In this document: positions 49,222 to 61,625 of the stretch, piece after piece
Layout: every line of letters starts with the position of its first letter
Numbering within the stretch: position 1 is the first letter of the stretch
Assembly: GCA_028534125.1 (NCBI GenBank)
Contig: CM052816.1
Span: 20,338,001-20,402,000, forward strand
Source: Lama glama
Taxonomy: Eukaryota
DNA length: 64,000 nt
Direction of reading: 5' to 3'
The notes under the pieces: generated by a model
The model's input: only the letters and a program-made list of their open reading frames with translations
Databases searched by the model: none
What the model was told of the DNA's origin: nothing
Position numbers and translations under genes: made by a program

Positions 49222-52200
49222 CTTGGAAAAGAGGGTGAGCTCACCTAAACCTTGGAACTGTCATGGATGCTTACTTAGCTCCTGGAAAGAAATGACAGTG
49301 TGCTTCTGAGCAAAAGATGATGAATGGGAGAGTGCCTTTCCTGGCTCCGCCACTACCAGGCCTCCCTGTGCTTTCTCCCCTGGTTCAGGGAACTGGGCCT
49401 GCCTGGTGGGGGCCTATGGGGGATGAGATGGCTGCCCGAGGGAAGTTGCTATTTGGCTGGGGATTCTCCGCCCTGCTTGAAGGTTATTCCTCCATGTCAT
49501 TCTTCCCCTGAGCAGCACACTCATGGTTTCCAAACTCAAGGGCTCTGGCCCACCAAGAGGGGCGGATGGGTGGAATTAAACAATCCCGTTTCTATTGTGT
49601 TGGTTGGAGATGGAAGAGCCGTGTGGAGGGTGGCTGGCTGGAGTATTTACTTATGTCCAGGTCTGTAATTCACATGGTAAAGGTGGGATGACATCTCATG
49701 CTAGCAATCAGAAAACACTGTTAAGTGGCATTTATGAAATTTCCTGGCACAAAATGGTCAAGATTCTCAGTGATGTCTGAAAGCCTTAGGAGAGTCTTAA
49801 ACATCTTCAGATTCATATTATTAAGTTGTAGTATATGCTCTTTATTCCTTGAAAAATGGGTAGCTCCAGTATGGCAGCTCTGGTAACTTTTCTTTTAACC
49901 AAGATGATTAACTAACCAGAACATTCTTTTCCTAACTGGTTAGTAAAAGAGCTTAGTAAAAGAGGTATTACCAGTTAACTTTCCACGATTGAGCATTCCA
50001 TGCCACGTGAATGGTTCAAATAGCTGAGATGTGTGAGAGCTACCCTGAGAGACACAGAGACACAGTCACAGAGAGAGGGAGGTGCAGGAGTCAGAGAGAC
50101 GGTGGGACAGGGGCAACTTGGTTTGGTCCCTGAATAATGCAGGGGAAATGGTGAGAAGATGGATAAAGGCTCTGGCTGGGGGCCAGAGGACTGGTAATAG
50201 GGAGGGAGAGAAAACTGAAGGTGCTGTTCAGATAGATATTGGGTTTCTATGGGGGCGACCCCCCACATCCCTGACTTGCCCAAATGAACCCCCCAGTAGG
50301 CTCCCTGCAGGATCAGAGGAACACACAGGGTGAGCTTGGAGCCTGTGGTGCTTGGCAGGTGTCTTGTGAAAAGGACTCACAGCCCATCTGAGGCAGCCCT
50401 GGGGCAGGAGGGGAGCAGGACCTGCACAGAGACCTGGTGGGGGCCAGGGCCAGGCACAGATGGGGACAGAGGGTCCCTGTTCCAGAAGGAGGTGGTGGAG
50501 TCTGCAGGCAGATTCTTTGTCATGTCTATAACCATGGCCAGAGTTAATCTGTAAAAAACACAGTGCACTAACCTTCATGTCCCCTCACAGTCCTCTGGCA
50601 CTTTAGCCAGTATCTGGATCATTGTACAAAGATAAATATGCACTGTCCCTGAAGTTATAACTCCCAGGGAGTGGGCAAAGGTCTTTTTGGGATCCCAGAT
50701 CACAGATGAACCCTGATTCTGCTGGCCTCCCATCTCAGGATAGCAGAGGGTGTGCCATGAGGATCTAGCATGTGACCTGCCTGACACCGTGCCTGGCACA
50801 GGGTGATTCTGGCACTGGTAACAGTGAGTGACCATGCCAAGCTGGGGAGCATCACTGAGGAAGGGCATCCCTGAGCTCCTGTGAATTTGGATCAAGTGAC
50901 CCCTGGCTCTATCGGGTATCCCTGGGTGCTCTTGCCAGGTCAGAACTCAGGCCACCCTGAGCCTACGGCCCCTTTGGTGGGCATCCAGGATTGGGGACTG
51001 GCTTTCTGTGCTCTGGGTTCAATCTGAGCTGATGCTATGGGGTCTATCTCTTGCCTGAGGGCCTGAGCCTTCACTTTCTGGGAGACAGGTGTCATGAGGT
51101 TGGTCTCATGCTTCTCTGCTTCTCTGCTCTAGATCCTTTGCTAGGGCTTTGCCCATAGGATCCCAGAACTGCCTGTCAGTTTCATGAGGCTGTCAGTTAC
51201 ACTGATTTCTTGGCATGATTAGCCGGAAAAAAAAATCAGAAGGAACCCCCCCCCAAAAGCAAACAAACAAAGTCCCTTCAAACAAGGTAGTAATGGGACT
51301 GAATTTCCTGGTTTTCCCTCCATAATGCAGATGGAGCTGTTTACTGAGCTCTCCTCCAATATCTGTTCACGAGCCTCACCTGTGTCGTTTGCTGACTTTG
51401 CCACGTGCAGGTGGAGTGGCCCGACTCAGCCTGGGCACGGTGCCTTGCCCCCAGTTCAGTTTCCCTTCCTGCCGACCAGGGATGAGGACCTATGGCTCCT
51501 CCCCACCACCCACCTCCCAGTCCAGCTCACTCTGCCCCCAAGTGCATCCCTTCTTCTGCTTGCCAAGGGCCCCTCTCTGCTGGGGGTGGAGGGCCTCTGC
51601 TGTGCCCCACCCCACTCCTCCAGTCCTCCACTCCCAGGACAGACCAGCTGCACTGGCTGTGTTTTCTGGAGAAGTTGGGCCTCTGCTGGGTCCTAGGCAG
51701 CTTCCTGTGCCCCTCCCTGTGTCCCTTTCTGTCTGAGGCCTCCCTCTCTGAAAGTCCACCAGGCTTGCAGTCCACGTGCCCACATCTGTGCCCTCACTGA
51801 GTTCTTGGCTTTCTCTTCCTGCCTGGTATCCTAGAGTTTCTATCTCTTTCTGTTTCTGTGTCAGGCTGAGTCTAGGGGTTCCTCTGGGGGCTGTGAGATC
51901 TCCTTTCACAGTTGGCTCCATCCCCTCTCTGGAAGTTTCCCTAGGCAAAAGTCCTCCATCCCGCCGGCCCCTCTCTCTGGCACGGGCAGACTGTGGCCAT
52001 TTACACGCTTTGTCTACTGTCCTGCAGAAGTGTCTGGTGAGGAACTGGCTGGCTGCAGGGATCATAAATGAATGGGCATGCAATTGTCGGAGAATGGTCC
52101 TGGTGTATAATCCTGGCTCTTGCCTAAGTGGCAGTCCATGGACAGAGAGACAGCCCTGGGAAGCTGGGGCAGAGACTGACCCTGGCTTTGTAAATGCCTT

Positions 52201-53574
52201 TTCCTCCCTGGCCCTTTAAAGTTGATGTCCACGCGGGAGCCCCTTTTTAATGATCTAATTGGAATGGTAACGGATGTAGCATTCTGCCACAGCTAACGGC
52301 GAGATTGGAATTTGAGGAGACGCAGAGACAAATTACCTCTGAATTTTCTTGCAGCCATAAAAGCTTTTACTGTATAGTAATTTTCCATTTTTGCTGCAGG
52401 CATATTTGCATATTGCTTAACAATTTATCTCCTGTCATTTGTCAGATATTATCCATCTCCTGTTAATAAGCTAAGACAGGCCATATTAAGACTTCGCAGG
52501 CCTCCTGCGCTCACCGTCAGCCCAGCTCTCCTGCCCAGAGGGCCTCTCTGCCGTGGGAGCAGACAGGACGAGACGGGGCTGTGGCTTGGCTCTGTGTCAG
52601 GGCTCTGTCTGCTGCCCCTTCCACTCCTGCCCCCGTGCAGAGAGAAGATGGAGCCACGGCGTGGCGTAGCCCTGTTCCTGGCCTTCGGAGGAAGCTCTGG
52701 TAACTCTGGTCTCCTTAAGTAGGAGTTGGGCTCCATGTGCAAGTGGAAACAGGCCTGCTCTGGTTCTGCTCTTGGCGCTGACTCTGAGTGACTCTCTCTA
52801 AGCTTTTACCTAACTCTCTTCTCTCACTGGAACTCAGTTTCCCCACTTCCAGAATAAAGATTCTAGGACAGGGTTAATTATTCCTTCTTTGTTGCCATCT
52901 TTTTTTCCCCCAACATAAAAGCAACAGCATCTTTTTTTTCCGACTGAGATTTCCGTGGAACCTCAGTCTGTAGAACAAGCAATGCGACCTGTTTTGGGGG
53001 ACAAGTGGGGAGTGGGTCCTGTTTCCCTGTCAGTTTCCACTGACCTCTCTTCTGTTCTCACGCAGAGAGGGCTCCAGGCACCTCCTGCCCTCTTGCGGCC
53101 CCATGGAGCATGGGGGAAGGTGCCTGGTGGAATGATCTCGGTCCTGCCTTCTGCCTCGACTCTCAGGCTCTGGGGTGGTCAGCACCCGCCGCTGGCCTGG
53201 CTCTGGGCTCGGGCTGAGGAGTGGCGCGTTTCCAAGTTGAAGATGCTGGGATTCTGCTCACTCTGGGCCCCAAACTGGTAGTAGTAGTTTCAGTTGGCCA
53301 TTGGTTGACAGATTTTGAGAGGAAAGAAAAATGATTTGATACTGAATGTATGATTAGATTTGCATAATTGAGTTGAAATAGAATTAAAGGGTCATATGTT
53401 TACACAGCGATGCCTAAAATCAGATTGTGGTGATGTGTTCTCAGTGCTAAAATGGGATCCTCGGGGACGTGTGCCTCTCTGCTTCCCAGAATCTCTGCAA
53501 GAGGCAGAGAGAAGTTTCTGAGGGGTGGGGATTGTTTTAGAGGATGCCTGTCAAGGAGCCAAGGGGTGCTAATG

Positions 53575-53770
53575 ACAGCGATAGTTTGCTGAGCACTTCC
53601 TGGTGCCAGGCCTGTGCTAAGTGATCCGTACAGATTTCCTTGTTGAATCCTTCTATCTGTGATGTAGGTACTATGACAGCTCCCCTTTTACAGATAAGGA
53701 AACTGAGTCTCAGTGTGGAGGTGGAGGCAGGACTTGAACCCAGACAGCAGTGCTGTAGAATCTGAGCTGT
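53575..53770 (-). mobile_element. MIR SINE
   Basis: 'gtgccaggcctgtgctaagtg..gtaggtactat..ttttacagataaggaaactgag..ggacttgaacccagac'. Confidence 0.85.
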
Positions 53771-54557
53771 TCTCTGAGGAACTGAGTGGGTAGGCTCAGG
53801 TATTCTGTTGGGAAAACATGCAAACGTGCTTTGCTGTGTGCACTTTGAGACTAAACCTGTGCTTTTTGTTTTCATTTCTATTTAGAAGTGTGATCCCTGC
53901 TGTTATTTTGGTCTTAAAATAAAATGTCAAAATGTACCAATCACAAGATATGTGCATGGGATGAATGATCAGTGAAGAGTAACAGTCCCACCTGTGTCCC
54001 CCAGCTGTGATGTACCGTGCTCCCCAGCAATGCCAGTGTGCACCACGCCTGAGGCTGCCCTCCTTAACCGTGTGTGTTTCTCTACCAAGGTCCTTACCTG
54101 GGGTTGGTATTCAGTGTGAAATGCCCTCCCCAAGGCAGTCAACCTGGCCAAGGCTTGACAGTTGTCATAATTGAGATATTCACACAAAATGTGCCTGAGG
54201 ATCAGTCTGTGTCCAAACTGGTAAAGAGCGGTCCATCATTCCCAAGGTTGTGGGGCAATGCTGCCTCTTTGCAGTTCTGACATTGTATATGTCTGGAAGA
54301 GAGTCAGAATCCTGTGGAATTTCCAAATGAGGGCTAGGAGAGACTTTGTCTTCATGTGCCCCTGGATTCCTTCAAAGTCTTCACACACCACCTCATTGGA
54401 TTCTTACAAGGCCCATGCTATACCCAGTGTGTGGAAGAGAAAACTGAGGCTGAGAGGTAAAGTGACTTAACAAAAGTTACACAGTAGCTGGGATAGCAGA
54501 GCGGTGAGGAGAATGGTCTGTCTGGGTTCACCTCCTACTTCTGCTGCTTGGGAGCTA

Positions 54558-54988
54558 TGTGACAGTGGCAGATTGGATGCTGTCCTGGGTCTGCACTCTA
54601 TCCTGGAATATAATTGTGCATCCAGGTCCTTGGCATTGGCAGAGTACACACTTGCCTGCCTATCATGGATGCTTGTCTTGACCATGGCAATGTTAGCAGG
54701 CACAATGTGGGCAGAGGCTTTCAGTGTGCTTCTTTGGTCTTGCTTGCTCTCTTGTGCTGCTTGATCTGTCATTTGGAAAGCTTGCCCAGGGATGGAGGAC
54801 CACAGAATGAAGACCCATGGGCAGATGTGAATCTGATGAAAAGTCCGGAGTCCAGTCTGCTGTAGCCAAGCTCAAACTAGATTAGTCAAATTGAAACTGA
54901 CCTGCAGACCTGGGAAAATAAATGTTTATTATCTAAGGCACTGAGATAGATGAAGTTATTTGTTACACAGTAGAAACTGACTAGCACA
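54558..54988 (+). mobile_element. MLT1H/I-like LTR nested in a + strand MIR (MIR parts about 54510-54557 and 54989-55126)
   Basis: LTR end 'aataaatgtttatt..taaggcactgaga..tttgttacacag..aactgactagcaca'; MIR resumes 'ccttgggcaactcact..gttgtgaggatta..cctggcatatagtaagtactca'. Confidence 0.7.
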
Positions 54989-55849
54989 ATGCCCTTGGGC
55001 AACTCACTCACTCTTTGGAGCCTCCACTTCTTTCTGGATAAAGTAGAAACACCAGTACCAGCCTTGTAGAGCAGTTGTGAGGATTACATGAAATAATACC
55101 ATTCCTGGCATATAGTAAGTACTCAGAGTTTTTAATTTTCTGAGCGTAGATTTTGATGCTCACGCTGTTAGTGACAGAGGGGGAGTCCCTGACTTTTGGA
55201 TAGAGGCTGATTCCAGCAGGTTTTGTCCCTCTCACCCTAGTGGGCTGGCTTGCCAAAGCAAGTAGAATTTAGAATAGATTCCTCAGGTCCTGCCTGGGAC
55301 TCCATTTAGCCAGAGTGACAACATGGAAGGGCTCACAGTAAATGCATTTTCATTCCTTAGTTGTTCTAAATGTCATACCCTGTCCCTCAGAGAGTCAGAG
55401 GCTGACAGAAGGCCAGGGTCTGAGGGCCTGGGTTGCAGTAGGTCCCATGACACCCCACCACTGTCTGCCTTTCCTTCTGGATCCATTGAGGTTCTGTGCT
55501 CCAAGGCACTGACCTTGTCACCATTATCCTGTGAAGGAGAGGTCAGAGCAGTTGGTGCCTTGTCCTCAGGAATAAATCTCTCTCTCTGAAGGGAAGGCGA
55601 AGGTACCCTGCCTGAATGCTGTGGGTTCCTCTCCTTCCAGGAGACCCACTGGGTCTCAGAACCACTGCCCAGGGTCTCTAGGCCCTGTTCTACCTTGTGG
55701 TCACTAGTCCTTCCAGCCCAGGAGGGAACTCTGGCCGTCACCATGAGTAGAACCAAAGCTCAAGCTTCTTGAAGAGCTTTTTAGAACAGACCCAGGACCG
55801 TCTCCCTTTCCTTGTAGTGAAACCATCCTCCACGAGCCAGGCGTGCTGC

Positions 55850-56010
55850 GTGCATGCTCACCTGTGATTGTCACAGCAACTCCACCACGTGGTTCTATCT
55901 CCACTGCTGTTTAACAGAAGAGGAAATAGAGGCTAAGAGAGGTAAAGAGCCTGCCCAGGGTCACCTGGCTGACAAGTGGCAGAGCTGGGGTTTGGAGCCA
56001 GGTTAGTGAT
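55850..56010 (-). mobile_element. MIR SINE
   Basis: 'acagaagaggaaatagaggctaagagaggtaaagagcctgcccagggtcac..aagtggcagagctggg'. Confidence 0.8.
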
Positions 56011-57039
56011 GTCACGCTGTGCTCGTCACTCTCACGGTGATTGTCCCTGTCTGGCTGCATCCAGTCCTTCAATATGGATGCTCCTGTGTTGCTCTGGAAG
56101 TTTCTGGCTTCTGGAACATTGCTCCTCTCATTTCCCTTGGGGCTCTCCTTGATACCAAGTGCTTTCTGGAAACCTGCGGGTGTGAGATTTAAGAAAGGGA
56201 TTAAAATTGTTTTCCCAGGGTGGCTTTGACTTAGACAGTCTGGGCTCAGAGACTGTTCCCCCGTTTGGTTTCTTCTATGGAACCATGCGCACAGTGGGTG
56301 CTTGATCAGTCCCCACTGACTAGAGTCAAAAGGAAAGGAAAGAGACTGGCCTCAAGAAAGTTCTAGAGCTCTGTTAGAGATAAATCTGTGAGGCTGAGGG
56401 TTAAGGCCTGGAGATGAGCCCTCAACTCTTTGAGTTATATTTTTTTGAAAACTTTTCTTCCCTTGGTGACAGGGACAGCCGCTGGGAGGGTGTGCTAGAC
56501 AGGCATTCTCGAGCAGGGAAGGCGCTGTCCTGGTGCCAGGGTGGCTTTGCAAGACTTTGCTGGTGGGTGGTCTCTCAGCTTGGTCAGAAGGTGGTGACCC
56601 TCCCTGGGGCCATGGGCAACTGGCCTTCACTTGTTCTGCCTCTGAGGGCCAGGCATGCTGGTGCTGTGGGGAGAATCCCTGTGTCATGCCGGAGGGGGCC
56701 CATTTCAGAGTGAGTTTATAAATCAGCCTCTTAAAAAGGAAGAGATTCGGACAAGTGGGGCTTCAGTTTTCACTCCTCATTAGCTGTTGATGTGCCTTGG
56801 GTTTTCTTGGTAAATTCATGTGAGTAGGGGAGGCGGGTGGAGGCTGTCTTTCCCATGGCTTTTGAACAGAGAGTGAAAGTGTATTTTGAGAGAGAGATGT
56901 CAGCACGGTCTGGGGCTGAGGACCAGGCACCCACTGATTCCATGTTCTGGCTGCTCATGGTGGATGGTGGAGGCTGCTCTGAGAGCGGGGGATGAACGGG
57001 CAGTGGGTTTCACCTGGGGCGGCCTCAGTGGGCTTTGGC

Positions 57040-57152
57040 TCAGGCTCCGCAAGCCCTTCCTCAGGGCGGCGGACGGGACGAGCAGGAGTCCTGCGCGGGG
57101 CCTCCTGGCCCCGGCCCGCCAGCGACGAGGGCTGGGTACAGACAGAGAGCGC
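57040..57152. promoter_or_regulatory. Short CpG-dense patch (candidate regulatory element)
   Basis: About a dozen CpGs in roughly 110 bp against a CpG-depleted background; GC-box-like gggcgg and cccgcc. Confidence 0.35.
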
Positions 57153-59149
57153 ATTTGCTGCTTATGTAATGCCTTTGCTATTCACTGGCAGGGACAAAGA
57201 GGACAGCTGCACAAAGGATGTGCCCATAGTTGCCATGACAGCTTCCAAGCCCCCCTCACTGCCCTCTGCTGATTCCTCCTAATCGTCCTGTGTTTCAGGC
57301 ACTGCCACTGAGGTGGCCATGTTGTCTGGCCCAGGACCTCACCTAAATATTGGGGACCCTCTCCTGCAGAGGGCCCCTCTCTGAGGCAAGCTCAGTGCCT
57401 AGATAAGCTTTAGGGGCCCTGGGCCATGGGGTGACCCACAGGCTGCCTCTCAGCCTCACACTTCGATAATTTCACGCTGGAGTTTCAGACCCCTTTCTCC
57501 ACACGTTACACACACATGCACGTGTGCACACATGTTCTCCCCTAATGCAGAGATAAATACCTTGGGGAGGTACTTATCCCCAAGGGTGCTGCCCAGCTGG
57601 GGCTTCCTCCTCCTTTCCCACAGCCCTTCTTACCTAACCCAGATGAATTAGAGTCACCGGAGGAATCTGTCTGTCCATTTATCTGCTCAACCACGTGTAC
57701 AGTTTTTCACTCAACAGATACTTTTTTGAGGGTTGGCCCCATGCCATGGAAGTGTACAACACTGAACTGGTCAGAGTGGGCCTTTTGTCAGAGGCAGGGG
57801 ACACGAGTAATTAAAACAAGGGATACACATGCTGAAAGGAAACCTCAACCAAAGGACTCCGGGCCTTGCAGGAGAGGGAGCTCAGGGATTCTGCAACACT
57901 TCAGAGGAGCCGAGGAGGGCAAGGGAATTCATGAGAGGGGTCAGTGTGAGCAGAGGCACAGGGTGGAGGGGCTGAGTTTGTTTAGGGCCTTGGGAGGGAT
58001 CCTCAAGGTCTGCGAGGAGGCCAGTGGGTGGAGCAGACCCGTAGAAGGACAGCCACCAGGACACCAGCAGGACCTGAAGGCAAAGCTGGGAGCCGGGCAC
58101 CAGGCCTGCCTGCAGAGGCCCTGGACAGAGTGAGGACAAACACTGGAGTGTCACCTACCTTTCACTCCTAGCCCCCAAGACCAGGAGTGAGCAGAGGTGT
58201 GGGAAGGGAGGAGGGACAGTGTGGAAGCCAGGAACCTCTGGAGGCTGGCAGACCCGAGTGCTGTTCCCCATGGACCAGCTGTGTGATCAGGGGCCTGTCT
58301 CGGAGCTTCTGAACCTCTGTGTCCTGATGAGGGTGAGGAGGGTGTCCTCACAGCGTGTGCACACGAAGGTTCAATTAGAGAACAGAAATAAAGGTCAGGG
58401 CACAGACTTTGCCACCATAGTGAAGTGGAGATGGAGCTTCAGTTGAGGTGTGGCTTTATCTCCAAGGAGAAGAGATGGGAGAGAGAGGTGGGTCTGGGCT
58501 TGGTCATGAATAGAGCCATCTGAAACCAACACTGGGATCTAGGCTTTATTTTGTAGGCAGGACAAACCTCCCCCAGCTGACTTCTGCAGAGGCAACTAGT
58601 CTTGACTCCCACATGGTTCCTCCCTCCTTCCCACAGTCTACTCACTTCTGGTTTGCAGGGAGGGAACTCCTTTGGTCTTAGGCTCTCCTGGCTCTGGCTG
58701 GGGCCTCTGGGGACAGCACTAGTGCCCAGCTCTGAGATGTACCAGGCTTGTGCCAATGACAGGGTTAGAGGGTGTGGCTGAGGCAGGTGCTGGACTTGAT
58801 TTTGGTGGCCCCGTGCACCTTCCTACTTTGGCCACTGCCCTGTAACTCCTCGTCATTGGCATGGGGCCTCTAGCCCCCAGTCTCTTTGATCACAGGGGAG
58901 AGGACTGTTTTGGGGGAGCTATGTTTATGTACAAATCCCTTGAAAAAAGTAATGTCTTAAGGAAAATAAAGGTCCTGCCTGCTTTGACATCTGGGAAGCC
59001 TGCTTTTCCTCTGCTGTGTGACATTAGAGCTGTGCCTCTCTGGCTCTGAGCTTGCCGGGAGGGATTGGAGTGCTGTGGGTGGTGCTGGGTACTGGGGCCA
59101 CAGACCATGAACATGAGCCAGAAACAGTTTGAAACCAGAGGGGAAGATG

Positions 59150-59400
59150 AGAATGTGCTAGCAAAGTAACTCTGCTGGTAGGTGCTCAGGAGCTGGTGGC
59201 CTTGAAGATGTTTGTGGCAATCCTCATCAGGAAGAGCAGGGAATGAAGATGGCCATGGTCAACTGCAGCGTCACAGCAGGCCTGGCTCTGTTCATCCCCG
59301 CTGCTGAGGGGATGGACCTGGGGGTCCGAGGCGTCATCTGGTGCCACAACATGGATAACTCGAAACAAGATGGATTGTAGCAGATGTGGGAAATAAGGCG
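59150..59400 (-). pseudogene. Candidate degraded class A GPCR remnant (GPR31/HCAR/OXER1-like ECL2, TM6, ECL3)
   Basis: Minus frame CYNPSCFELSMLWHQM..GMNRARPAVTLQLTMAIFIPC, then a frameshift to FLMRIATNIFKATSS*; GC3 33/45 by hand count in the first segment; similarity judged from memory of family motifs only. Confidence 0.3.
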
Positions 59401-59479
59401 GGCAGAGAGCACTAGGAGGGCCCTCCACAGGGCTCATGACTGTGTGCCTCGGGAGAATGCTGAGCAGTGCCTGCCACCC

Positions 59480-59612
59480 CTGCTAGACTCAGCTCCAAGT
59501 CGGCAGGAACCATGTTTAGTTTTTGTCCCCATTGTGTCCCCAGCACCCAGCAAAGTGCCTGTACAGACTGCTTGCTCAGTTAATATCTGGTGAATGGATG
59601 TAGTTGAGTGAG
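59480..59612 (+). mobile_element. L2 3' end
   Basis: 'gctccaagtcggcaggaaccatgt..ttgtgtccccagcacccagcaaagtgcctg..gctcagttaatatctggtgaatggatg'. Confidence 0.8.
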
Positions 59613-60551
59613 TGGAGGGGACCAGGGAATATCCATGGGGTGGGGTACAAAGAAAATTGTGGATCATGGAGGCAAAAGTAGACTTCAGCTCCAGGTGGAC
59701 CTGGGCCTTAGTATCACTCACAAAGGGGGCCTGCCCTGGGCCTGGGACAGTGTGATGCAGATGTGACACCTTTTGGAGGGCAGGTCCTCCATCTCCTCTG
59801 CTAGGTTCTCTCCTGTCCCAGGCACACAGTGCAACACTGGATGGTCTTTGTGGCTTTGCAGGGGATCAGAGGGTGCTAGTCTGGGATTTGGAGTCTTTGG
59901 GCCTCCACCCAGAACTTGAGTAGGGCTTGTAATGCCCAGCATGTGAGCATTTGTCTGTAGTAAGGTGGCCATCAGAGCCCTTGGAAAGACAGAGCTGAGG
60001 GAACTGAGTCAATGAATTTATCAATAAAACATGGATGCTGACATTAACTTACACTGATCCTCCTCAAACTATCAGATCAGAACCCCGTATTCCCTCTGGG
60101 TGGAAACAGAAATGCAATTTTCCTCAGGAGATACGTAGGGTGTTGTAATTTGGGAGGATGCAACAAATATTTATAATTGTATAATTTGTATATAATTCCT
60201 TGTAATAAAGTGTGATGATGATAGTTTTGTTCTCATAAAAGTCTCCCTAATCTTCTAATTATGAAAAGATGTTTTCTGGGCTCCAGAATGGTCCATCTTT
60301 AAAAGTTTTTTTATTTTTCACTTTTTTTAGAAGTGTTAGTGTCAAGTCTGAATTCTGCTGGCTGTATGCTTTTCAGTGGGTCCAAGTCTTCTGAGCAGAG
60401 CAGAGGCAATGGCCCCAGCCAGGTGCTGGCGCCATCTCCCAGGAGGGTGGTCAAGAGGGAGAGAACTTTCTTACAAATGGAAATCTTTCCTCATTTGCTA
60501 GAACTGTTACCACCTGAGACAAAGTGTGCAGCTGACTTTATTCCACCTTCA

Positions 60552-60830
60552 TAAGCAAACATTCATTGAGCACCTACTATGTGCCGGGTGCTGTTGTAGG
60601 TCTACCGTCATGGATTGTATAATCACTCTAAGGAATATGACATTGCAGTTGTGATGCAAGCTGTGGGTGCGAGTTGCACGGGGCAGTGAAAGCCAGTGAT
60701 GGTGCGTCTGATCTAACTGAGGAGGTCAGAGAAGCCCCCCCACCCCCAGGAAGTGAGTAGAGCTGGGAAGGATAATTAGGAGTTAATTGGATAAAGGGTG
60801 AGGGAGCACTCCAAGCTCAGGGAGCAGCAC
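60552..60830 (-). mobile_element. L2 3' end
   Basis: 'caaacattcattgagcacctactatgtgccgggtgctg', 'gaggtcagagaag..caggaagtg'. Confidence 0.75.
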
Positions 60831-61129
60831 GAGGTGGGAGGGAGTCTGACCTGTTCTCTTCTCACACTAGGGAAGACATCAGTCCTTCCCCACTCCCTGC
60901 TGGGGCCAGAGCAGCAAAGATCTCATCCTGGAGCACATGGAGCTTGTGCCCCTGCTAGAGAGGTCAGAGCCCTCGTCACTCCCATCAGCCTCTTCCATCA
61001 GCATCCTCCACAAGGCTTTCTTTTGTTCATCTTGTCTGTTTTGCATGTAGCCATGGCTCTGGGGACCAGATACAGCTGTGCTACACAAGTCCCCCGCCAT
61101 CTCTCACCATAGCCGCCTGGGACAGACAA

Positions 61130-61625
61130 GAGCTTCCTCACCGTCCTTCACAGCCATAGAGGGGTCTTCAGGTAGGACAGATCTGATCATATCACACCCT
61201 TGCTCAAATCCTTCAATAGACTCCTACCATCAATGGATGACACCTGCTCTCAGGCCCTGCTGTATACATTCCAGACACCCCGCTCTGCTTCTCCTCAGGG
61301 TCTCTGCACATGCCATTTACTCTGCTCGCCCCAACCCCACTCTACCCCTTATGCATCTGGCAAATTCCTTCCCATCCTTCACTTCTGAGCTTAGAAGTCA
61401 CCTGTTCTAGGAGGCGTCCCATGACTCCTGCTGCAGCCTTCTTCCAGCTCCTGGATCTGCTCCTGCACTCCACTTTGCTGGAGAGGCTTGTTTAGTATTG
61501 ATTTTCTCCTTCTGGACTGTATATTCCCTGAGATGGAGAACACAGCTGTCTTATTCACAGTGCAGTGTGTCTTCAGGGTCTACACAGCACTGCACACAGC
61601 GGGTGTTCAGTGAATGTGTGAGTGG
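61130..61625 (+). mobile_element. L2 3' portion
   Basis: 'atctgatcatatcacacccttgctcaaatccttcaatagactcc', 'ctctgcacatgccatttactctgc', 'gtgttcagtgaatg'. Confidence 0.75.

Noticed and set aside
49933..49977. 12-bp direct repeat (ttagtaaaagag) flanked by an 8-bp inverted repeat
   Set aside because: Too short to call a MITE; consistent with a small slippage duplication.
51490..52083. Longest ORF (197 aa, minus) and overlapping ORFs
   Set aside because: No recognisable domain, several frames open because of GC richness, and no convincing splice structure.
56521..56540. REST/RE1 site (ggcgctgtcc-t-ggtgccagg)
   Set aside because: One half-site is perfect, but the spacer is 1 nt instead of 2 and the other half matches poorly.
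59243..59380. 45-aa + strand small ORF MKMAMVNCSVTAGLALFIP.. with good Kozak contexts
   Set aside because: It shares third codon positions with the minus-strand GPCR-like frame, so its codon bias is probably a shadow. No independent support, though it remains the alternative if the GPCR idea fails.
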